From contig NQJD01000008.1 in NCBI GenBank assembly GCA_004284765.1, forward strand, positions 64,490 to 96,489: a DNA stretch of 32,000 nucleotides, given 5' to 3'. A program made the translations under genes and the position numbers. Shown here in pieces: positions 17,448 through 24,498 of the stretch. The stretch is from Candidatus Electronema aureum. GTDB taxonomy: Bacteria; Desulfobacterota; Desulfobulbia; Desulfobulbales; Desulfobulbaceae. The notes below the pieces were generated by a model. That model made no database searches and was not told the origin of the DNA. It saw only the letters and a list, made by a program, of their open reading frames with translations. Position 1 is the first letter of the stretch. Every line of letters starts with the position of its first letter.

Positions 17448-18440
17448 TTATCCGGCAATATGTAAAGAACAGGCAGCACGAGTGCGGTAATTTCGTAAAA
17501 ATTGCTGATTGTATTGCACTGGCACCTTGCGCTGATCAGCCAAAGTCAGCAGCAGTGAAAAATGCTCGCGCACATACTGGGCATCATCAACAAAAAACAA
17601 AGTGCTGGGCAAGGCGTTGATCAATGCCCTGCAAACTTCGTTACTGTGCAGACGCAGCTCAGTTTTTTGATAGAATTTTTCGCCGCCACCAAGCGGGAAC
17701 GCAGCAGGCCGGGAAGGGCCTGATTGGTACCAAGTGGCAACTAAGTCCTTGCGGACATAGCGTTCTGGAAATGTATAAGCCGCAAAAAAACTTTGCTCAT
17801 CAATAAAAAAAGTCCTTGAAAAGCCAAGCGTTGCCAGCCCTGTGAAACAGGCAGAAGGACAGAAAATGTCTTCTTGGCAGCCTGAAAAATCAGCCCAGCC
17901 CCAAGGATCATTGAGGACAGCCAAAGGCCCTGCACCAAGCCGAGCAAGTTCTCTGGCTACCCCGCCGCGCCCTGTCCAGCCGTCCACGAAAATAATTTTT
18001 CGTTCTGGAAAATCAGCCTGTAGGCGGGATAAGGCCACGCGGTCGATACCGATACCGACAAAAAGCGACAGAGCCGCTGCAACTGATCCGGGTAGCATTG
18101 TGCAGAGCCATTGAGCAATCGGAACGCCAGCCCTGAGAATCGCGGCAAAAAGCAGACGCTCTGGCTGCGGCTCCCATTGTATAATCGCCGCTGCGAGCCG
18201 TTGCGCCGCTTCCCGAATCTGCTCATTGTCAATTTCTACTGCCACGGTGTGCCAGAAATCATCATCAAGATCAGGTTCAGGTGAGGGAGCTGACCAAAAG
18301 GTATTTTCACCAGAGTATGCTTGATTCAAGCTGCGAAAACGATGTGGCTCGTCAAAAGGATGAACTTCTTCAAGAAGATTGACGTAGAGATGCTGCTGCC
18401 AGATATTTCCTTCCGCAGAAGGAAGAATCGCCTTGTGCAT
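17448..18440 (-). CDS. PRTase-fold protein of the StiP / PRTase_1 (Ter-cluster-associated) family
   Basis: IIFVDGWTGRGGVARELA and DIFCPSACFTGLATLGFSRT match the family-typical FVDGWTGKGAI and IPSACLNSTVSGL..SRT motifs, recalled from memory. Confidence 0.6.
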   Translation of the reverse strand: MHKAILPSAEGNIWQQHLYVNLLEEVHPFDEPHRFRSLNQAYSGENTFWSAPSPEPDLDDDFWHTVAVEIDNEQIREAAQRLAAAIIQWEPQPERLLFAAILRAGVPIAQWLCTMLPGSVAAALSLFVGIGIDRVALSRLQADFPERKIIFVDGWTGRGGVARELARLGAGPLAVLNDPWGWADFSGCQEDIFCPSACFTGLATLGFSRTFFIDEQSFFAAYTFPERYVRKDLVATWYQSGPSRPAAFPLGGGEKFYQKTELRLHSNEVCRALINALPSTLFFVDDAQYVREHFSLLLTLADQRKVPVQYNQQFLRNYRTRAACSLHIAG

Positions 18441-18460
18441 ATCAAATCGCCACGCAGAGG

Positions 18461-19381
18461 TTATGAAAGCGAAAACTCTTCAACAGTCATCCCCGTTGTT
18501 TCTAAATGATCTTTTACCTTATTGCCGATCTCGTGATCAGCTGGATCGTACAATAGATGTATTGGACTTTTTATACGTTGATAATTGTATAGAAAATAAT
18601 TGCAAAAATTCACCCTGCTTTTGATGTGAATTGTATCCACAGTCCAAGGGCTGAGTGTGATGTGCTGAAATGACCTGAAGACACGGGCAGCAACGAGAAA
18701 AACTGCTGTACTTACAGCTTCGCCAATCACGAAAAGATGCTCTCCGTAATGTCTCTTGATCAGGTGCTGTTTACCGAGTTCAGCTGCCACGTTTTCTATC
18801 ATATTTTCAGGATAAGATGCTATTATCGTGTTGCTATTTTCTATTTTGTTGCAATATTCAGCTGCGGAACCGTGAATGCCTGCCAAAGAGGCAGCAGAAT
18901 GAAAAAGATACGTTTTTTCTGAGCAGCCAACTAGACGAAAAAAATCATCTTTTTGCAGTTGAGAACGAGAATCAGCAAAGGAAAAAATTCGGAAGATTTT
19001 TGCGGAAACATGTTTCTGTATCTGGTTGAGTAAATTTTTCACTGTAGTGCCGGAAGTTATTTCATCTTCAACTATCCAAATTTCTTCATAATGACCTTCT
19101 GGCAGCGGCAAAATGTGATGCGGCCCGTGTGAATGAATTTCCTGAAAAGGGATACCTGATACGCCGACGCGGCGGGTGGAACATGTCCAGTTGCACGAAA
19201 TCTTTCGACGAAGTGCCTCCATATACATCAAAAATGACGGAACAATACCTGATTCCGTTAGCCCTATCAGTAACACTTCTCCTAAAACTGGCACGTAGTT
19301 CGCTGATTCTTCAAGCAATTGAGCCAAATAGCCGCTTCCCCGCTGAAGATGTGAACAGTCGGCAGGATGCAGTTTTCCCAA
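18461..19381 (-). CDS. PRTase_2 + TRSP-like phosphoribosyltransferase domain protein; N-terminus out of frame with its likely SD+ATG
   Basis: LLIGLTESG...CSTRR...F.EIHSHGPHHIL...IWIVEDEITSGTTVKNLL (PRPP loop). The annotated frame begins at a TTG with no SD. A GAGGTG-ATG at 19447-19449 lies one frame away across an A9 tract. Confidence 0.65.
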   Translation of the reverse strand: MGKLHPADCSHLQRGSGYLAQLLEESANYVPVLGEVLLIGLTESGIVPSFLMYMEALRRKISCNWTCSTRRVGVSGIPFQEIHSHGPHHILPLPEGHYEEIWIVEDEITSGTTVKNLLNQIQKHVSAKIFRIFSFADSRSQLQKDDFFRLVGCSEKTYLFHSAASLAGIHGSAAEYCNKIENSNTIIASYPENMIENVAAELGKQHLIKRHYGEHLFVIGEAVSTAVFLVAARVFRSFQHITLSPWTVDTIHIKSRVNFCNYFLYNYQRIKSPIHLLYDPADHEIGNKVKDHLETTGMTVEEFSLS

Positions 19382-19478
19382 GAAAGAAGCGGTGAAGGCT
19401 TCTTTTCTTAAAGGATTGTTGTCTCGCTGAATAAAAAAAAATCACGCATAATTCACCTCAATTGTGTGCGCATTCATC

Positions 19479-20171
19479 TTAGGGTTGCCAGCGATAGCCC
19501 ATGCCGTATTCGGAGCGAATGGCGTTAAAAGTTGAATCTACTTCTTGAAATTTATCCCTGATTCTACGAATATGAGCGGCAATAGCATTGTTCGTAACAA
19601 TTACGCTGGCCGCTTCCATTAGCTGGTCATGATTTTTGACATGACCGGGTCGCCGGGCTAAACAGAGTAAAATCCAAAATTCAGTCAAGGTTAAGCTGAC
19701 CGGCAGACTCCGCCAATGCACTTCCTTGCGGTCTTCATCAATGCGCAGGTTTTGATGCTCGATGATTCGGTTGTTTGTACTGTTGCTACGCAGTGCCTCA
19801 ACCGTGCGGAACAGGGCAGAAATACGGGCCGGCAGAAAGTCTAAGGTAGTAGTGTCTTTGGTCAGATAATCCCAAGCACCAAGCCGCAAGCCAGAGACCC
19901 GGTCCACGTCCGAGTTACGGGCAGTAAGAAAAATGATTGGAATTACCGGCGAAAGAGAGCGCAGATGCTGGCAGAGGTCAAATCCTCCCTCCATTTCCTC
20001 GCCGAGCATAATGTCTAATACGGCAAGGTCGGGCAGGGAGCGGTCAAAAGCAGCCACAGCTTCCTTGCGGCTGCTGTAGGAGCTGACCTCGTAACCTTCC
20101 CGATGCAAAGCCTGAGCATAATTGGCCTGCAATCTGAGATCGTCTTCGACGAGAGCAATACGGTAGGTCAT
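19479..20171 (-). CDS. OmpR/PhoB-family response regulator (receiver + winged-helix)
   Basis: Receiver motifs: IALVEDD, DLAVLDIML, IIFLTAR, GAWDYLTKD. The C-terminal part has LTLTEFWILLCLA...YGMGYRW. The start is set at MTYRIALVEDD (20171). Confidence 0.88.
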   Translation of the reverse strand: MTYRIALVEDDLRLQANYAQALHREGYEVSSYSSRKEAVAAFDRSLPDLAVLDIMLGEEMEGGFDLCQHLRSLSPVIPIIFLTARNSDVDRVSGLRLGAWDYLTKDTTTLDFLPARISALFRTVEALRSNSTNNRIIEHQNLRIDEDRKEVHWRSLPVSLTLTEFWILLCLARRPGHVKNHDQLMEAASVIVTNNAIAAHIRRIRDKFQEVDSTFNAIRSEYGMGYRWQP

Positions 20172-20379
20172 GGCGGCAGTGTGGGTAATGGTCTTTTTCA
20201 GCTGAAAATATCTGAAACTGTACCAGATATTTTTTTTTTTCACCACTCTGCTTTTTTCTTGTCATAATTCGTCACACTTTTTCTTTAGCAAGTCATGATT
20301 CAGCGGCAAAGCAGTCATGGTCATTACCCAAAATACTCATAGGTAGAAACATGAGATGAAGAACAGATGGAGAACAATC

Positions 20380-20577
20380 ATGATCACAGAAAAAATCAGC
20401 GGCAAACAGCCCTTGACTATAGACCCTGGCTCTCTGATGCTGGCAATGTATGTCCTTGCTGTGACCGCGTTGGTACTGTTTGGCTGGTTTGGTGCAGCTG
20501 GAGCAGGCGGTGAGACAAAGGTAGCGGAAACAGCGGTTGTAGCGGTTGTCCAGAACGTCACAGCTCAAGCTCAGTAG
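20380..20577 (+). CDS. Small single-pass membrane protein (hypothetical)
   Basis: GGAG lies 8 nt upstream of the ATG at 20380. One hydrophobic helix (LMLAMYVLAVTALVLFGWFGAAGAG). The ORF ends 9 nt before the next gene. A competing antisense ORF exists. Confidence 0.35.
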   Translation: MITEKISGKQPLTIDPGSLMLAMYVLAVTALVLFGWFGAAGAGGETKVAETAVVAVVQNVTAQAQ

Positions 20578-20586
20578 GCAACCATA

Positions 20587-21114
20587 ATGAACCGAACAGT
20601 TGAACTTGATTTAAAATATTGTCCCAAATGCGGCGATGAATATCGGGCTGATATTACTGTTTGTGCCACTTGCGCGATGAGCCTCCTCACCGGTAAGGCC
20701 GTGTTGGAGTTACGTCAGCAGGAAGAACAAAAGAAGGCTAACCGTCGTCGGCCTTTAAGCCCAGATGATGAGCTGATCAGTATTCGCAAGGGGCCGATCT
20801 TGCAGATGCAAATGCTTCAGACAGCCTTAAAACAAGAAGGTATTCCTTCGTTAGCGACAAGTGAGGACAGCGGTTGTGGCCAAGGTTGTGGTGGCCCTAG
20901 CTTAGTGATCCAAGTCCGAGCGTCTGATCTTGAGGATGTACAGGCTGTTCTCGTCCAAGACTATGTTCGCACCACCGGCCTGCACGAACATGGTATTTCT
21001 ATTGCAGGCACGGTCTTCGACACCGCCGCTGAATCGGCTGTTTGCCCGGCCTGTGGCTGCTGTTTTTCCACCTCACAAACCGCCTGCCCTGAGTGCGGTC
21101 TCTGCTTCGCTTGA
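20587..21114 (+). CDS. Double zinc-ribbon protein with a central DUF2007-like segment (hypothetical)
   Basis: N-terminal CPKCG...CATC and C-terminal CPACG...CPECG. The central segment LQTALKQEGIPSLA...VIQVRASDLEDVQAVL resembles DUF2007. Confidence 0.6.
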   Translation: MNRTVELDLKYCPKCGDEYRADITVCATCAMSLLTGKAVLELRQQEEQKKANRRRPLSPDDELISIRKGPILQMQMLQTALKQEGIPSLATSEDSGCGQGCGGPSLVIQVRASDLEDVQAVLVQDYVRTTGLHEHGISIAGTVFDTAAESAVCPACGCCFSTSQTACPECGLCFA

Positions 21115-21362
21115 CGTTCCCTCTCTCTCTTTTTCGCAGCTACCTCCCCTTTAGCTGTGAAAAAAAGAGAAAAGGGCGGCAGACGCGAAAAGTTATTTTT
21201 TTTTTCAGACCACATAAGGTACAATCTCCTTATTTCAAATGTCGCCTCGGTACGGGGCATGGATTAAATTACTGATAGGCAAAATTTTTGCTGCGGATTC
21301 AGCTTTTCTGCTGCATCTACGCGATTTGTTTTGCCAGAACGATGAACATTCAAGGAGAATCT

Positions 21363-22124
21363 ATGAAGAAGTTAGCTGCATATGCGGTGTTGGGCCTGAT
21401 GCTTGCTGGTGGATCAGCGGTAGCAGCGGTTGATAAGTTGGAGACCGAAGGACAGCGGTTCAGCTATGCACTGGGTATGGATTTCGGTTCCTACCTGAAA
21501 GGGCTGGGTGAAAACTTTGATCTCACCATCATTGAACAGGGCTTGAAGGACGCTTATACCCCTGGCTCTAAGCCCTTGATGACGGTTGAAGAAGCGGCCA
21601 AGGCCCAGCAAAATTTTGGCAAACGGCAGCAGGAAAAGTTTATGTCCATGCTGAAGGCGAATAAAGAGGCGGCTAAAAAATTTCTGGAAGAGAACAAAAG
21701 CAAGGAAGGAATCAAAACCACCGCTTCTGGTCTCCAGTACAAGGTTGTCAAAGAAGGCAGCGGCCCCAAGCCAAGCAATTCCGATACAGTCAAAGTACAT
21801 TACCGGGGCACTTTGCTGGACGGCAAGGAGTTTGACAGCTCGCACAAGCGCGGCGAGCCAGTTCGCTTCCGGGTTGACCAAGTTATTCCCGGCTGGACTG
21901 AAGGTCTCCAGCTGATGAATGCAGGCAGCGTGTTCGAGCTGTACCTGTCGCCTGAGTTGGCCTATGGCGATAGGGGCGCGGCTCCGGTGATTCAGCCCGG
22001 CTCTTTGCTCAAATTTGAGGTAGAGCTGCTGGAGATCGTTAAGGAAGAGCCAAAAAAGGTGGAAGAAGAGAAGGCAGAGGAGAAGCCCGTAGAGGCGCAA
22101 GAGCCAAAGGTGGAAAAACAGTAA
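21363..22124 (+). CDS. fkpA: FKBP-type peptidyl-prolyl isomerase, FkpA/Mip-like, periplasmic
   Basis: Signal peptide MKKLAAYAVLGLMLAGGSAVAA. FKBP core: TASGLQYKVVKEGSGPKP...VKVHYRGTLLDGKEFDSS...VIPGWTEGLQLM..GS...L.IP.ELAYG. AAGGAG lies upstream of the ATG at 21363. Confidence 0.88.
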   Translation: MKKLAAYAVLGLMLAGGSAVAAVDKLETEGQRFSYALGMDFGSYLKGLGENFDLTIIEQGLKDAYTPGSKPLMTVEEAAKAQQNFGKRQQEKFMSMLKANKEAAKKFLEENKSKEGIKTTASGLQYKVVKEGSGPKPSNSDTVKVHYRGTLLDGKEFDSSHKRGEPVRFRVDQVIPGWTEGLQLMNAGSVFELYLSPELAYGDRGAAPVIQPGSLLKFEVELLEIVKEEPKKVEEEKAEEKPVEAQEPKVEKQ

Positions 22125-22150
22125 TCCTGTTCGCCTAATACTGCGCTATT

Positions 22151-22184
22151 AAAGCCTGATCCTCCAAAGGATCAGGCTTTTTTT
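22151..22184 (+). terminator. Rho-independent terminator after the FKBP gene
   Basis: A 12-bp stem, aaagcctgatcc / ggatcaggcttt, with a 6-nt loop. A T-run follows (22178-22184). Confidence 0.8.
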
Positions 22185-22479
22185 ATTTCTAATGATGACT
22201 ATAAAATTTCAATCTATTCTGTAAAATCGAAAAGATAGCTTTGCCTGTAATTACGGTGCTGGTAGGAATATAAAAATGGGGGAAAACTATTATTTATAAA
22301 ATACAAAATATTTCACTCGTTATAATAATTACATTTTAAAACGGAATGTTACATGAGAAATATATAACGTGAGTACTAATCAATAGTATATCTTTTAAGA
22401 AGATAGATGATATATAATACAATGAAATTTAATAGTTTTATATAAATTTTAGCTAAATAATAATCATTATCATTTATTC

Positions 22480-22508
22480 TTGACAAGACCAATTTTTTGG
22501 CCTATCCT
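22480..22508 (+). promoter_or_regulatory. Candidate sigma70 promoter (TTGACA-17-TATCCT) at the end of a ~290-bp very AT-rich spacer
   Basis: ttgaca at 22480-22485, a 17-nt spacer, tatcct at 22503-22508. This implies a leader of about 180 nt before the ATG at 22694. Confidence 0.45.
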
Positions 22509-22693
22509 GAAAATAAGGGATGCTGCTTATTAACTGAGCGGGGTGCCGAACTTTCTGGTTGGTGCGGGTAGATTTATCCCGCGCCGGAAAGTTGAGAAAA
22601 GCCACAGCCGTCGCGAGGCGGTGTCGGAAAGCCACGGGTCTCCATTTTGGAGACAGCCGGGTTGCCTGCTTCACATATACCAGGGAGGGTATC

Positions 22694-23386
22694 ATGAAAA
22701 CAACTCAAACAACATTAGGAGGAAAATCAAGTTTACAGAAAAGAATGACTGCGCTGGCCGGAATTCTGTTGGCCGCCGCCCTCGGTGCCTGCCAAGCCAA
22801 GCCGGAGTCTGCTCTTTCTGTCCCTCATGCCGACACAGTCAGCAATGCTGATCAAAGCGGCTGGATTTCATTAAGCAATGTGGTGTCGGAAGCTGAAGCG
22901 GCCACAGCTGCTCCTGCCGCCGGTTACGGAGGCAAAGGAACAGTTGATCCGGCAGCAATGGTGGCAGCGCATAATCGTTGGCGGACAAAAGTCGGTGTAT
23001 CATCCGGACTCAGGTGGTCGGACAAGCTGGCTGGCGTGGCTCAAGGCTGGGCGAATCAGCTGAAAAACGAAGGCTGCGCTATGTACCACAGCGGCAATGG
23101 CTACGGTGAGAACATTTACAAAGCCAGCGCACTGATGTGGTCGGATGGTCGTCGCGATTTACAGAAGAAAACACCGCAGCAGGTCACGGACAGCTGGGGC
23201 AGCGAAATCAAATTCTACGATTACGAGAGCAACAGCTGTAGCGGAGTCTGTGGTCATTACACCCAAGTAGTGTGGAAAAACACCCAAGAAGTCGGCTGCG
23301 CCATGTCGGTCTGTGGCGACAATTCGCAAATTTGGGTATGCAGTTACTATCCCGCAGGCAACGTAGTTGGTCGCAAACCGTACTGA
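22694..23386 (+). CDS. CAP/SCP/PR-1-like domain lipoprotein
   Basis: GGAGG lies 5 nt before the ATG. Lipobox ALGAC. CAP motifs: AAHNRWR..VGV, HSGNGYGENIY, CGHYTQVVWKNT.EVGCA, VCSYYPAGNVVGRKPY. Confidence 0.85.
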   Translation: MKTTQTTLGGKSSLQKRMTALAGILLAAALGACQAKPESALSVPHADTVSNADQSGWISLSNVVSEAEAATAAPAAGYGGKGTVDPAAMVAAHNRWRTKVGVSSGLRWSDKLAGVAQGWANQLKNEGCAMYHSGNGYGENIYKASALMWSDGRRDLQKKTPQQVTDSWGSEIKFYDYESNSCSGVCGHYTQVVWKNTQEVGCAMSVCGDNSQIWVCSYYPAGNVVGRKPY

Positions 23387-23410
23387 CCTGTTCAGCCCGG
23401 TAACTTATAC

Positions 23411-23448
23411 AGCCGCTTCCGGTGTCCTTCCGGGAGCGGCTCTTTTTT
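23411..23448 (+). terminator. Rho-independent terminator after the first CAP gene
   Basis: Stem agccgcttccgg / ccgggagcggct (12 bp, one G-U pair), a 7-nt loop, then tcttttttat. Confidence 0.75.
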
Positions 23449-23556
23449 ATCCTTTTTCACGTAAATACATGCGACGGGCTTGCTCAATTGCTTTTCTGCT
23501 GGTATAAAAGATTGTCCACTTTTTTATAACTACCACAACATGTCTGCTCTGCGCAC

Positions 23557-24183
23557 ATGATCACAAAGAAAACATTGAGCATTCTCCCTTCATCTTTTTT
23601 TCTCTCTATCTTCTGTCTTGCTGCCTGCGGCCAAACCCAGACCATCCGCGTGGATGTGTCTGCCGATCATCCTGACGGCGTTGTGCTGTTAGATGGGTAT
23701 TATGAAGAAACTGATACCTTTGCCGAAGGAGTAGGCACGGTTGATTCGACCGTGATGCTGGCCACCCACAACCGCTGGCGTTCTGAAGTCGGCGTTCCTG
23801 ATCTCGTTTGGTCGGAATCTTTAGCCCAAGCTGCACAAAGTTGGGCTGATCATCTGAGCAACAACGGCTGCTGCGCTATGTCTCACAGCGACAGCGGCTA
23901 TGGCGAAAATATTTACAAAGTCAGTGCCGTGGTTTGGTCGAACGGTCGCCGGGAAATTCAGAGCAGAAGTCCGCAGCAGATCGTTGACGGCTGGGCCAGT
24001 GAAGCCAAGGACTATGATTACGAAAACAACACCTGCAACGGCATTTGCGGTCATTACACTCAAATAGTCTGGCGTGACACCACAGAAATAGGTTGTGCAG
24101 TTGCCGTTTGCCCGGATAAATCGCAGATGTTGGTCTGCAATTACGCGCCGACTGGCAATGTTGAAGGGCAAAAACCGTATTGA
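23557..24183 (+). CDS. CAP/SCP/PR-1-like domain lipoprotein (tandem paralog)
   Basis: Lipobox CLAACG. Motifs: ATHNRWRSEVGV, SHSDSGYGENIY, CGHYTQIVWRDTTEIGCA, VCNYAPTGNVEGQKPY. Confidence 0.85.
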   Translation: MITKKTLSILPSSFFLSIFCLAACGQTQTIRVDVSADHPDGVVLLDGYYEETDTFAEGVGTVDSTVMLATHNRWRSEVGVPDLVWSESLAQAAQSWADHLSNNGCCAMSHSDSGYGENIYKVSAVVWSNGRREIQSRSPQQIVDGWASEAKDYDYENNTCNGICGHYTQIVWRDTTEIGCAVAVCPDKSQMLVCNYAPTGNVEGQKPY

Positions 24184-24220
24184 ACCTTCTTCCTTTTCTC
24201 TTTTCTCCATCTTTCAGCAA

Positions 24221-24250
24221 GACAAGCCATTTTTGTTGAAGTGGCTTGTC
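24221..24250 (+). terminator. Hairpin downstream of the second CAP gene (weak terminator candidate)
   Basis: A 9-bp stem, gacaagcca / tggcttgtc, with a 12-nt loop. The downstream sequence is only moderately T-rich. Confidence 0.35.
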
Positions 24251-24379
24251 CCATTCTCTCCTGTTTTCATATTTCCTTGGCGATGTCACCAAGGGAGCCG
24301 AGATTGTTATTTTTTTGCCGCATATCTCCCTGTCAATCCGAAAACCTGCTGATAATAAAAGTTTTTCTCGGTCTTTCCT

Positions 24380-24408
24380 TTGATAAACTTGCCGCTTCGT
24401 GCTACAAT
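24380..24408 (+). promoter_or_regulatory. Candidate sigma70 promoter of the AAA+/FGE cassette (TTGATA-17-TACAAT)
   Basis: ttgata at 24380-24385, a 17-nt spacer, tacaat at 24403-24408. AAGGTGGA lies 7 nt before the ATG at 24499. Confidence 0.5.
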
Positions 24409-24498
24409 CTTTGTTCAGGCGGCTGCCACAAATCTGCGAGCCGCGCAAAACAAAACGTAATGTTTTCAATAAGAAAGCCGCCGAAAGGTGGATGAGAT

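Noticed and set aside
20293-20568. 91-aa and 74-aa - strand ORFs opposite the small membrane-protein ORF
   Set aside because: They have no SD and a Cys/His-rich odd composition. The + strand ORF has a GGAG SD, a clean TM helix and tight spacing to the next gene, though it too has low confidence.
21414-22100. 228-aa - strand ORF
   Set aside because: It is antisense to the FKBP gene, which has clear FKBP motifs.
22559-22693. 45-codon N-terminal extension of the first CAP gene
   Set aside because: The internal ATG at 22694 has a GGAGG SD and is followed by a lipoprotein signal peptide. The extension overlaps the putative leader.
22509-22693. Possible cobalamin riboswitch (ggtgcc..., gccac motifs, agccgggttgcctgc resembling a B12 box)
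   Set aside because: Only about 11 of 16 B12-box positions match. The conserved GGGAA/GGTG core was not found in order. The downstream gene has no link to B12. It is kept only as a generic structured leader.
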